Part shown: positions 40,236 to 52,730 of the stretch, one piece after another
How the letters are laid out: every line of letters starts with the position of its first letter
Numbering within the stretch: the stretch's first letter is position 1
Origin: Octopus vulgaris
Taxonomy: Eukaryota
NCBI GenBank assembly: GCA_951406725.2
Contig: OX597829.1
Location: 30,690,001-30,754,000 of the forward strand
Reading direction: 5' to 3'
DNA length: 64,000 nucleotides
The notes under the pieces: generated by a model
What the model saw: the letters and a program-made list of their open reading frames with translations, nothing else
The model's database searches: none
Told to the model about the DNA's origin: nothing
Position numbers and translations under genes: made by a program

Positions 40236-42254
40236 TATATATATATATATGTAATGAGACCGAAAATGGACAAGAAATTAGTAATTTATTTATATACAAT
40301 GTTACATATACTTATGGAACATTATAAGATGAAGATAGACTCATACATCTGTTTCAAAGATTTGGTGACTTGTTGGTGTTATTATGCAAACAGGCATATA
40401 TACCTATAAAAAGCTGGTAATTATACTCAGCAAAATAAGTGTAAACATTTTTGCCAACTTGCATGATGCATGAATAATTTCTTGGTGGAACTATTGTTCC
40501 TTCTAACAAGAACATGTGACAGTTGCAGCTTGAAGATATTTAAGTATCATTCTTTATGTAAGTTGTTAATTTCTTTTTGCTTATTTGTTATGTATAATTA
40601 TTGCTCCACTATATATTCTTGTTTGCATAGTATGCATTATAATTGACTAGTCACTGATTGATTGAAACAGTTGTACACATCTCATATAAAAGAATTACTC
40701 TTGTTCTGATGGACTAAATAGACATTTTAGCCTGTTTAAGTAGTTAAGATAGAAGAATCTGATCAGTCTGAACACTAATTCAGTACTTACCTGTACCACA
40801 CTTGTATGTACACTCCCACTATACACGTCACACACACGCATACACACATGCACTGTCGTGGTTGTGTGCTATGAAGTTTGCTTCTCAGCAACATGGTTCT
40901 GGGTTCAGTCCCACTGCATGGCACCTTGGGCAAGTGTCTTTTACTATAGCCTTAGGGCAACCAAAGCCTTATGAGTGGATTTGGTAGATGGAAACTGAAA
41001 GAAGCTTGCCGTATATATATGTGTGTTTGTCCTCCACCTCCACTTGGCAAGCAGTGTTGGTTTGTTTACACCTCAGTAACTTAGTGGTTTGGCAAAAGTG
41101 ACCTATAGAGTAAGTACCAGGATAAAAAAAAAAAAATCCTGGGATCAATCTGTTTTACTGAACCTTACGAGGTGATGTTCCAGCATGGCCACAGACCAGT
41201 AACTGAAAAGCAGGAGCAAGTGTTTTCTGCTGTAATCTTGGTGAGCACTATATTGTTAAGTGGAGTTTTTAGAATTCAATAAATGGAAATTACTCAGATG
41301 TCCTACACATGCACGCACACACACACACACATACACACGCATGCACACACACACATGCATATGTACAATATATTTGCATGTGCCAGTGTGACTGTCTGTG
41401 TTATTAATGTATTTCTACAGTGTTTATTGTTTTTCTGATGTCCAATAACTTAGCTGTTCAACAAAGAGATCAATGAAATAAGTACGAGACTGAAATAGTA
41501 CTTGAGTTAATATGACTAGCTAAATGTTTGAAGGCAGTACCTCAATATATTTATTGAAACCAGTAAAAAAATATAAAAGAAATTTTTAAAAATTTTAATT
41601 GAGACAAGTATTTTGTCTCTGAGTTTTCGATTTCCTGTCTTTTATTCTTTTTTTCTCTATGACATTTTTCAATCTCATCTTTTACCCTCAGATATTAAAC
41701 TTAGCATTAAACACAATGACCTCACTTAGTAATAGCTATCTTCTAGTCTAGACAGACTTGGAAAGACTAAGACCATTCTCTCTCTCTCTCTCTCTCTTTT
41801 CATTAGGCTGACAAGTGAAAAAAAAATTACTATAGAAACAATGTGGTATATTTAATTTGTTAATGAACAGAATTAGAAGAATAATACTTCATTGAAATAT
41901 AAATTCTCTTTTGGTAGTGTCATTGAACCACTAAAATATTTATTTGTACAATTATATCAAGTTCTGTATTATTATTTTGTAATATTAGATATATTATTAA
42001 ACAGCAAATTCATTTAATGTACATCTAAAACTTGGTCTCTAATACTCTAATTCATTGTACATGTGAGAATTCAGTTGCCGTGGTGTATATCTATGGTCTG
42101 ATCACTGATATTTCACTGTATCTGTTGGTCAGTTATGCACGTATGATTCCTTGTACATCAATGACTTGGTGACAATGCTAAATTGCTTTTTTCTTGTTGA
42201 ATTTGTTTAATTTTTTTTTTTTATTGTGAATTAATCTAAGATTTTATCCAACAG

Positions 42255-42313
42255 GTGTTTGGAATGGTCTCAGTGGGACTACGGGAAAGCAGCACAAACG
42301 TTTATATACAATG
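42255..42313 (+). CDS. 59-nt exon encoding the second half of the NXF1-like TAP-C/UBA domain
   Basis: Acceptor TTTTATCCAACAG| and donor ATG|GTGAGT. After one base it reads CLEWSQWDYGKAAQTFIYN, versus human NXF1 [19 protein letters not shown]. Its phase completes the TG|G Trp codon from the donor at 37788. Confidence 0.8.
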
Positions 42314-42550
42314 GTGAGTATGTTATTGTAAACAATAACAAAAACAGAATGCAGTAAGTTTTAGAGTTTTGTTGTCAACTTTGCTTTAAACAGGTTCATT
42401 CTCTCAGCTTTTGACAACTTTACCCATTAATCTGTGCTATTGAAATGTCGTACAGAAGTCTATAGATCAAGATGTTAATTGAACTGTCAGATTCACACAT
42501 AAGGTTAGTTTATACACAAACCATGTTTTTCAACATTTTGCTTTTTACAG

Positions 42551-42558
42551 GTATCTAA
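42551..42558 (+). CDS. Candidate terminal coding exon (G-I-stop)
   Basis: Good acceptor TTTTGCTTTTTACAG|GTATCTAA; phase 1 gives GGT ATC TAA. It competes with the candidate at 50323. Confidence 0.3.
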
Positions 42559-43260
42559 GTGGAATCATAAAAGTCCTCAACTCTGTGTCTCATTTCCCAG
42601 AAAGTAGATTCTTCAGGTGGACAACTGATGGAGTTGTCAAAAAAAAATCAGATTACTTTTGTGATAATCATTCTGCATCTGTGTTCAAAGTTCAAATTTA
42701 ACCGATTTCAATTTCATTTTTTTCTTTTTTCTTGAAGTTGATAGAAAAAATCCAGTCCTGCATTGATGTCAGATCTTCTCTTTTCGTCACTCTTTTTCTT
42801 CTGTCCATCTTGCTCTCTCTCTTACTTTCTGGAAGAAATCATTTGTAGTCAGGGAAGGAGAGGAATGGGCTCCCCAATGTAAAAACGCCCAAGATACACC
42901 ACAGGCAGTGCTCCTTATAACTCTATCAAGGAATTGTGGATCCAAGTTAAAAAGAAAACTTTACAATATTTACTTTCGTAAATAGAATTCTTTTAAGGTG
43001 GGTTTTGACGTTTAATCTTCCAGGTTAATAAAATATATATCAGTTGTATTCTGGGATTATCATCAGTCATCATCATCATCATTACTAATGCCAACCACTT
43101 TACAGAGTTACTGGTTGCTATTTACTTGGAACCATCACCAGTGCTTTTTACAGTACTGACACCCTCAATGTAAATTATTATTGTCACCCTAATTGTTGGA
43201 GTTGCCACAATGATTCTATACTAGCCATTTTAAACCGTTAGCATTCAGTTCACTCTGTCT

Positions 43261-44400
43261 ATCATCATCATCATCATCATCATCGTTTAACGTCCGCTTT
43301 CCATGCTATCATGGGTTGGACGGTTCAACTGGGGTCTGGGAAGCCCGAAGGCTGCACCAGGCCAGTCAGATCTGGTAGTGTTTCTACAGCTGGATGCCCT
43401 TCCTAACGCCAACCACTCCATGAGTGTAGTGGGTGCTTTTTACTTGCCACCGACACAGGTGCCAGACGAGGCTAGCGAATGGCCACCCTCAGATGGTGCT
43501 TTTTATGTGCCACTGGTACGGAGGCCAGGCGAGGCTGGCAATGGCCATGATCGGATGGTGTTTGTTACGTGCCACCGGCACGGAGGCCAGTCGATGTGGC
43601 ACTGGCTACGGCCACGTTCAGATGGTTCTCTTACATGCCACCGGCACTCGGCGCTGGCTACGGCCACATTTGGATGGTTCTCTTACAGAAACGTTAGCAC
43701 GCCGGGCGAAATGCTTAGCGGTATTTCGTCTGTGTTACGTTGTGAGTTCAAATTCCGCCGAGGTAAACTTTGCCTTTCATCATTTCGGGGTCGATAAATT
43801 AAGTACCAGTTACGCACTGGGGTCGATGTAATCGACTTAATACCTATGTCTGTCCTTGTTTGTCCTCTCTGTGTTTAGCCCCTTGTGGGTAATTAAGAAA
43901 TAGGTTCTCTTACGTGCCACTGGCACTGGTATCACAATTACAAATTCCATTGATGCTGATCGATTTCAATTTTGATTTTCACTTGCCTCAACAGGTCTTC
44001 ACAAGTAGAGTTATGTGTCCCAAGAAGGAAGGTATGCACAGGTGGACTGACTACGTCCCAGGTAGAGGCCACGGGTTATGGCCTCACTTGTCCTGCCGGG
44101 TCTACTCATGCACAGCATACTTCCAAAGGTCTCGGTCTCTGGTCATTTCCTCGGTGAGACCTAAAGAACGAAGGTCATGCTTCACCACCTCGTCCCAGGT
44201 TTTCCTGGGTCTACCTCTTCCACAGGTTCCCTCAACCGCTAGTGTGTGGCACTTTTTCACATAACTATCTTCATCCATTCTTACGTGTCCATACCAGCGT
44301 AGACGCCTCTCTTGCACACCACATCCGATGCTTCTTAGGTCCAGCTTTTCTCTCAAGGCACTTACACTGTGTCGGGTATGAACACTGACATTACACATCC
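43261..44400 (-). mobile_element. RTE LINE 3' fragment with complete 3' UTR and (GAT)n tail
   Basis: Minus ORF 44102-44398 (RRLRWYGHVRMDE...RGRPRKTWDEVV), repeated UTR units, and (CAT)n at 43261-43283. Confidence 0.92.
43687..43902 (+). mobile_element. Young 5'-truncated family B SINE with 11-bp TSD
   Basis: Flanked by GGTTCTCTTAC at 43676-43686 and 43903-43913; CpGs are retained. Confidence 0.9.
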
Positions 44401-46044
44401 ATATTTATTTATTTATTTATTCACATTGTTTTGAATTAATCCTGCTTTATCTTATAGCTTCAAGATTTCGATGATCTGAATGTATATTTCTAGAATGACA
44501 TTGCAGGGTAGGTGTGAAAGTCCAGATCTGGTTAGTTTGAGCATAAAACAGGCAGAATATTTGGGCCTGATATGGCTGGTTTAAATGCTAAAGGGTCATT
44601 CTTTATTTGGTTAATCTGATCCTTGAAACACTGAGTTCAAACTCACTGTCTTTTAACCGGTCAGTGTCAGTAACATACATAGCAGTCATATTTATTGGGG
44701 TTTGCTAGATTATTGTCATTATAAATCTTTGAATTTACTTGTGCTGTATTCTTATCAGTAATATTTTGCTGATTGAATGAATATAAAGAAAATATTGCAC
44801 TTGAGAAACATCACCTCTCTCAACCATCTAATACACTATACTTAGAGTGCTTATCTAATTCTAATTCTTCCATACACAAACTGTATTTTATGCTACTCAA
44901 CATCAGTAGTGCTCTAATAATGCTTTGCTCTGTCAATTCTGACATACACCGATCATCTGTTTATCTTCAGTACTCTTTGTCCCTTCTTCATTAATAATAT
45001 TCTATCAACCACTATTAACCCCACATATTACTACAGGGATGATGAACAAACCATCCAGACTTCCATATTCTTTCAATTTATTAACCTAACCACTGTTGAT
45101 ATCAGATACACCTGACATATATCAACTTCACCTTGATTGAACAACATTTAAATATATACAATCTTTGACTTCACCTCGTTTATGTCCTACTTTAATGGTG
45201 TTTTAATTGGAATCGGCTCATGTCTTCATTGATAGAATATGTGATTGATTGGACGAGAGTTTGCCAATTGATATTTGACACACTTATCAAATCAATTACT
45301 CCATCTCAGAGGAGAGAATGGTATTTATCTACTAAATAGAATTGTTGCTTTCTAAGTAATCTTGGTTACATTACATTCTTGAAAACCAATGAATCATTGA
45401 TATATTTCCACTAGAATTCCATGTATAAATCAATCCAGCTCTATTGATGATCGGATATTAAATATTGTCTCTTTTGTTTTTCTCAAGAAAAAAAAAAATA
45501 TTAATAAAATAGAAGAAGTCATCTTTAATCATAAATTCAAACACCACTTGCTGTAATTACTGTGAATTACAGTGTTGCTGTAACAGCATATTTACAGAAC
45601 TGTGTCACAAAATTATTCAAAGCCATGATTATATTTAGCATGAAATGTTTGACATTCTTTTTTATATATTAATTTTTATATTATAAATCAATTATTTTTC
45701 AGCATTAGTTTAACATTCATTTAATGTTTAACATTCATTTTTCCATGTTGGTTTAAGTTTGACAGAAATCAATAAAATTTATTATGTAGTTTACATTAGG
45801 AAGCAGTAAAAAGTAAAAAGAAGCTTCTTATTGATAGTGATAATTATAATCTTAAAATTGGTTTCGGCGATTGGTTGGAAGATGCCATCAGTATTGTTAT
45901 TATTACAAAAAGACGAGGCTTTGCCCTGACACTTTGACTAATTATCAACCAATTATCCATAGTTTGTTTACATGCAAATTAATTGAAAAGGTTGTACTTT
46001 GTGGCCTCAGTGATAAATTTCAAGTATAATAACTTGCATTTCTT

Positions 46045-47620
46045 GATGGATGAATGGAAGTGCCACTGTGAAAGATTGCTAAATGTGGAGTATGAATGGG
46101 AGAAGGAGAGTCTTCCTAATATGGATCCAACTGTGAGACCAGCCATCACAGTTGACAGATGTATGATAGATAAAGCAATTAAGGATCTGAAGATAAGGAA
46201 AGTTCCTGGATCATCAGGAATTACTGCTGAATCACTTAAGACATCTAGTGGAGTAGGATACCGCTAAGTCACTAGTATAGTTAATCAGGTTATCTATAAT
46301 GATTGGTATAATAGCTTCTACAAGGGTAAAGGTGATGCCTTTGATAGAAACAGTTATAGAAGTATCAAACTGTTGGACAGGTCATGAAAGTTATTGAGAG
46401 AGTTGATTAGGAATAGAATTAAACTAGATGAAATGCAATTTGGCTTTGTGCTAGGGAAGAACACTACAGATGCCATCTTCTCAGTGAAACAGCTGCAGGA
46501 AAACTATCTAGCCAAAAGTAAACCATCATACCTGGAGAAAGCTTTTGACAGAGTCCCTCACTCTGTTACCTGGTGGTCTCTAAGGAAGTTAGAAGTAGAT
46601 GAGTGGTTTGTTAGTACTGTACAATCTATGTATAGAGGTGCTGTCAGTAGGGTGAGAGTATAGTGACAAATTTAGCATACAAATAGGAGTTCACCCAGAC
46701 TCATTTTTTAGTCTCTTATTCATCATAGTCCTCCTGGTTGTAACATAGGAATTTAAAATAGGTAACTACTATATGCTGATGATCTTGCTCATATAGCAGA
46801 ATTTGTAGAGGAATTCCAGGTATGGAAGCAAAACCTGGAAGTTAATCTAGTGAAGACCAAAGTTGTTGTTAGCAAGAAAGTAGTAAGACTTTTTCCATCA
46901 AGTAAATGACTTTGCTCAATATGTAGGAAAGGTGTTGGAAGAAATTCCATTTGCTGCACCCAGTGCAAGCTATGGACACATTGGAGATGCAGTAAAATTG
47001 CAGATAGGTTAAGAGAGAAAGTCATCTTTCTGTGTGGCTGATATGTAGGAATAATAAGCACAAGGGATGCACAAGAATTAGATTCTTGGAGGTTCCCTTG
47101 AGGTTGTAGCAGTGGAAGAGGATGTTCTGCTAGTACTGTTGCTAGAATAGGATAGAGAATATTCAGAGTACTATTTCCTCTGATGACTACAAAAGGCTTC
47201 TCTCAAAAGGCTGATTGTACGATGCTTGTGTATGAATGGCCATGCTCTATGGTAGTGAGACTTGGGCTCTGATTGCAGAGGACATGCAAAGAATGGAGAG
47301 GAATGAAGCTCGTATGCTGTGATGGATATGCAACATTAGTGTGCATGTGAAACAAAGTGCAAATGCGCTGAGAGAAAAGTGGGGCATAAGAGGAATCAGA
47401 TGCAGCATGCAAGAGAAAGAAAACTATGATGGTTTGGACATGTGATGCATATGAATGAAGACAGCTGTATTAAGAAGTTTGATTGCTTATAGTGGATGGT
47501 ACATGTGGAAGAGGGAGATCCAGAAACACATGGGATGAAGTAGTAAGAGCTGATCTCAAGATGTTGAGCCTCATGGAGGAGATGACCAAGAATTAGGATG
47601 TCTGGAAATTCTTGAGAAGA
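46045..47620 (+). mobile_element. Decayed RTE LINE ORF2 (pre-RT, RT, PHD, C-terminus)
   Basis: EWKCHCERLLN, KVPGSSGITAE, QFGFVLGKNTTDAIF, LEKAFDRVP, LLYADDLA, CSICRKGVGRNSICCTQCKLWTH, with many stops and frameshifts. Confidence 0.9.
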
Positions 47621-48475
47621 CTAAATTCTTAAAGCACTGTGTATTCCACCCACTTGTAACATTAATTCACACACCCTACCTCAATGAAGCAAGCTACATC
47701 TCTTCTTCATGAACTATGCTTGTATATTCCCCAACTCCTGCAGCCTGTCATCTCTCTCTCTCCTTTCTGCCAACTTTGTATTTCCCTTTCCCTCTTGTCT
47801 CCCCCTTTGCACTTTTATGAATTCCCTGCTCATGCACCCTGTCTAATTCTCTACCACTTCCTTTATATTCACCTCTTTGTATTTTGAGGGTACACCAGGC
47901 TCATTGCCATTTTTCTCTATATCTCTCTCTCCCTCTTGCTCTGTCTGTCTCTCTTTCTGACTGTCTCCTTGACAGGGTAACCATTTATCTCCTCTACTGC
48001 AAAGTACCTGGTTCTTTCTCTCTATCATTATTTAACCTCTTGTTAACTGGCACAAAGCCACCTTATTTAATACCACTCCCCTCTCTCAGTTGAGGGTTCC
48101 TTGTCTTGCAAGTTACTTAGTGACCTATTGGCCCTTGAGTCACTATGTTGCTTCTGCTAAACATTATATATATGTGAGTATATATATATATATATATCAT
48201 CATTATTTAATGTCCGTATTCCATACTGTCATGGGTTAGATGTTTTGATCAGAGCTGGTAAGCTGAAGAACTCTACCAGGCTCCAGTTGTCTGTTTTGGT
48301 CTGGTTGCTATAGCAGGATGCCCTCCCAAATGTCAACCACTTTACAGTGTGTACTTGGTGTCTTTTATGTGTCAGTGGCACAGGTGCCTTTCACATGTCA
48401 GCAGTATGGATGCCTTTTACATGTCAGTGACACATGTGCCTTTTATGTGTCACTTTGGGTACATATATTTATATA

Positions 48476-49341
48476 CAGGGTGTGGTGAATAAACTGTTGT
48501 CTAAATTACACAAAAATGAAAATAGCACTAACATCTCATTTTAACAGATATATTTACCAAAATTACATAAAAATATCTTGAGATACTAAACAGTAAATTT
48601 ATTCAATAAAATCGCCATTGGCTTCAACCACATCCTCCAGATGACTCCAGGATCTCCTGCAACTCTTCTGGATTGTCTCTTGTTTAAGTTGGTGCATGCT
48701 GCCATAATCCTTGCCTTCAGTTCATCTTTGGTGTGTTACAAGGAGTTTTGATGGTCTCTCACTCAACTGCACCCCACACATAATAACCAAGGGGATTGCA
48801 GTCTGGGGAGTTAGGTAGCCAGATGTTAGGGGTGGTATGGTCACAGAAATTGTCTGACAGCCATGATTGGGTTCTTCTGCTTGTGTGACATGGTGCAGAG
48901 TCCTGTTACTAGACATAGGGTCTTCCAGCAGCCACCCTCTTGAATCAGTGCAGCACTACCTCCTCCAGGCACTTGATATAGGCCTCCATATTGAGTTTGA
49001 AGCTGTGTGGGAAGATGAATAGAGGTATAAATCGCCATCATTAGTGATCACTCCAAACACCATGATGTTGACTGGATGTTTGATTTTTATCATTCTCGGT
49101 ACTTGTCCTCAGATTGACAACCAATCACTCTGGAATATTCATATTGAACCTTCCAACATGAATGCCAAGCAGTACAGCATGTCATTTCCAAATTTCTAGC
49201 GGCGTGAATTGCATCATTGTGCTGTTTTTCTCAAACAGTGCCCAACTAACCCTACTATACTGTGTAGTTGACAAAATCAAAAGCAATGTGCATGTGTGAA
49301 ATTAAAAATATAAAATGGCAACAATTTACCCATCATGCCGT
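48476..49341 (-). mobile_element. Internally deleted maT/DD37D-like transposon
   Basis: Degenerate TIRs CAGGGTGTGGTGAATAAACTGTTGTC / GGCAACAATTTACCCATCATGCCG. Minus-strand remnants KHPVNIMVFGVITNDGD and IWLPNSPDCNPLGYYVWGAVE. Confidence 0.8.
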
Positions 49342-50322
49342 GTGTGTATATATATATGTACCCAATGCCTTTTTTATCCTAATACTATTCCATGTGTTCT
49401 AAAATGAAAGAAACACAATTAGTTTTCTATGAGCCATTGTTTCAATAAATAAATCTATGCACTCTATGTATGTAGTAATTTTTTTCAGTTATAGTTTTTC
49501 TGTTCTTTAAGCAAGAACATATCATTATATATGTACCAGCGTAACTTAGCTGTCAATAATGACACTAAACATGCTTATCATACTTATATATATTGGAAGA
49601 GAGATAATGAAATATCGTTATAATATATGAAATGAAAGATCTTGGACGAACCTGCTGATTGATTGATTGAGTGATTATTCAAGCTATCAGTTAGTTAATT
49701 TGTTAATTGGTATGTTAGTTGACTAGAAGTAACAAAAAGAAGTGAAAAGACACTGCATGTGGTTCTTAGTAGAAATGAGTCTCTCAAGGTACATGTTTCA
49801 ACATACATGAAGAATGCAAAAATAGGAAATATATTTATTTTAAAAATATATTTATATATTTTAATCAACTTAGCATTTAATGTGTTTATATTGAACTCTC
49901 TCTCTCTCTCTCTCTCTTTTTCCAGCATTTTGTAGGTTACTCAACACATACACTCACACACACACACACACACACATTAATCCATGTAAACATTTCCTTT
50001 CTCATTCTTTTTGAAGAATTAGCTTCTTACATATTCATGTTTATGTGAAATGCACACACACACACACACTCATACACATTTTTAAAATTTAAGAGTTCTT
50101 GATATAGTCTTGATATTTGAAAAGAATTTCTTTAAAACTTTATCTGTAAAAATAATTTTTAGAAAGAAGCAAATCTAGACCTGATGGAAGATATGAAAAT
50201 TCTTGTGTAATTGCTTTTGACCATCATTAGTCTCATCAGACATATAGCATAATCCCAACTTCTCAATGTTACGCTTATAGTGATTCTGTTAAGTAATAAT
50301 TGTATTTTCTGTTTTGTTTTAG

Positions 50323-50339
50323 GCAGAAAATTTTTATAA
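50323..50339 (+). CDS. Alternative candidate terminal exon (G-RKFL-stop) followed by a UTR-like region
   Basis: Strong acceptor TATTTTCTGTTTTGTTTTAG|GCAGAAAA, followed by about 700 bp of apparently non-repetitive T-rich sequence. Confidence 0.3.
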
Positions 50340-51027
50340 ACATTCTTTTACTTTTAGTAATTGTTCTTTTCTTTTTTTTCTAACTTTTTCTTTGAAAAGA
50401 AGGAAATATTTTAGAATTTGCATGAACGTCTGAATGTTCACAACATGCAATGCTCCTAACAGATGGATCCCTGATTTATGTCTCATGTTTTCTTTCTCCG
50501 TTTCACCGATATAGTTCTCATTGCATTGTGAACTTGTAATGCATTGAATTAATTTTTGTTTTTATAGTTCGTTTTTTGCTTTAATCTTAAACTCTTTTCG
50601 CGTTCTTGAACTTTTAATTTTACCCTGTTTAGTCAAACCACACATTTCACAATGTTGGTCATTATATTTTGTAATGCATATAATTTCTTTACCTGAGGTA
50701 AAATCTAGCCTTTATTAAGAACCCTTTAACATTGGGAGAAAAGTTGTCTTCACATATTACCGATTCATAACTCTTTATTAGTTTCATTTATCATAGATTT
50801 GATGAGTATAACAGAATTGGAAGATACCATTTTGCAGAATCTCAGATGTTGTGACATCTGTTTTTAAGGGTGACCTAAAACAGTATTCCTGTTTATGTCT
50901 TCCTTCTCATGGTAAGAGTTTCTATGTGAGGCATTGGGATTTATTTTTCCTTAGTTATTGCATTATTTATTAAGTTTTGTTTTGGATATTTTTGTCTCTG
51001 AAAGAAGTTGAATCTGTAACTATTGCT

Positions 51028-51100
51028 CAGGGTGGCCCAAAATTCACTCTACCATTTTACAAAGATATTTAGTGGTAGCTTAAATTTTGGACCACGCTAT
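51028..51100. mobile_element. Tiny mariner-type MITE
   Basis: Termini CAGGGTGGCCCAAAATT / AATTTTGGACCACGCT. Confidence 0.45.
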
Positions 51101-52059
51101 ACATATACATCATGCTGTATTAAATAGGATACTTCTTTTAGTATAGGTTGGATGTTAAAGTTTATAGTCTAAGAATTGGTATGTATCCATTTCTTTGTAG
51201 CAGAAATCAGTTCTAATAATCTCATCTTCCTTAGTTATCAGAATGTCCAAAAATGGAAGTTCTTCCTCAAGCATTTTAATTGTAAATTTGCTCAATTCTT
51301 GATTTTATTGTTTAATTCTTGTATCCTTGTAAAATTGTTCATATTTCTGTTCCACAATGTAAAACAGTCACTGAAGAATTTTTCCTGATCTTCTTTTAAA
51401 TAACTTTTGAAACTTTGATTGAAAATAGCCCCAGATTGGAAATTGAGTTCTTTTCTTCTAAGAATCCCTTCACAAGTGTCGTAAAAGTGTGTGTGATTTT
51501 TGTATCCATGCACAAAAGTATTTTATTTGAAAGTCATACTTTATTGAAAGTAATATTCATAATCCTCCCAATTTTAAATCCACTTTCCATATCAGCATGG
51601 GTTGGACAGGTCACCATGGTTAGAATCAGCAAATATTCAAGGTGATTAGCCACCTAGATGAACCAATGTCTCATGTTTTACTTAATCTCTATAGCTGGAT
51701 ACCCTTCCTAACATCTACCACTACAGCATATACTAGGTACTTTTTGTTGACATCAGCATTAGAGAGGAATCAGGTCCTCAAAAAGTGTAAAGGGCCCTCA
51801 CAACCCCATGTCTTGGTTCAGCTGCCAACTCCTGTACAGAGTGAAATTCATTAAATATTGAGAAATATGACTGATACTGATAAGATACATGTGTGATAGG
51901 GAAATGAGCGTCAGGGGGTCTCAATTTTCTGGTAGTGAAAAAAGTAGCAGTTATTTTTTAGCACCAGTCATAATTCAAATTGCAAGGATTATAATCCTTG
52001 CAACATGAATTATTTTAGAATCTCCTCTGCTTTATACGTGGAAGTTTGTATATATGCGT

Positions 52060-52218
52060 AAGAGTGGCTGTGTGGTAAGTAGCTTGTTTACCAACCACAT
52101 GGTTCCAGGTTCAGTCCCACTGCGTGGTACCTTGGGCAAGTGTCTTCTACTATAGCCTCAGGCCAACCAAAGCCTTGTGAGTGGATTTGGTAGAGAGAAA
52201 CTGAAAGAAGCCCATTTA

Positions 52219-52271
<53 letters not shown>

Positions 52272-52495
52272 ATGTGTTTGTGTGTGCGTATATGTTTGTG
52301 TGTGTGTTTGTCTCCCCAACAACGCTTGACAACCAATGCTGGTGTGCTTACATCCCTGTAACTTAGCGGTTTGGCAAAAAGAGACCGATAGAATAAGTAC
52401 TAGGCTTTCAAAGAATAAGTCCTGGGGTTGATTTGCTCAACTAAAGGTGGTGCTCCAGCATGGCCACAGTGAAGTGACTGAAACAAGTAAAAGAG
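52060..52495 (+). mobile_element. tRNA-derived SINE (family A), full length
   Basis: Close match to the copy at 24560-24960, including the internal (TA)n. Confidence 0.88.
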
Positions 52496-52499
52496 TGTA

Positions 52500-52730
52500 T
52501 ATATATCAAAAAGTTTTCAGACTAGTTTTGTAGCATGCTAACAGATGACAGCACAATGAGAGGTAGCAGTGACCTTCATGAGGCAGTGTGCTGAGTGACA
52601 CCACTATGTTTACTTTGCAAGTTGTGAAATTTGTGTTTTTGTGATCACATGTATGCAGTAGTCTGCGATTTTTGACATGGACAGGAACAAAAAGCCAACA
52701 TGAAATTTTGTATTAAACCTGGGAATCTTA
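52500..52730 (+). mobile_element. mariner 5' fragment
   Basis: Reads EQKANMKFCIKPG at about 52686-52725 (mariner N-terminal EQR..IKFC.KLG motif). Confidence 0.5.

Larger units (their letters stand above)
43230..44597. mobile_element. piggyBac-like MITE split by an RTE insertion
   Basis: Left end TTAA-ACCGTTAGCATT (43230-43245) and right end AATGCTAAAGGG-TCAT (44584-44599) are degenerate TTAA/CCC-type termini. The body resumes at about 44401. Confidence 0.55.

Noticed and set aside
43430-43930. Palindromic repeats with variable spacers, superficially CRISPR-like
   Set aside because: Degenerate units with irregular spacing inside an RTE 3' UTR; eukaryotic context and no cas genes.
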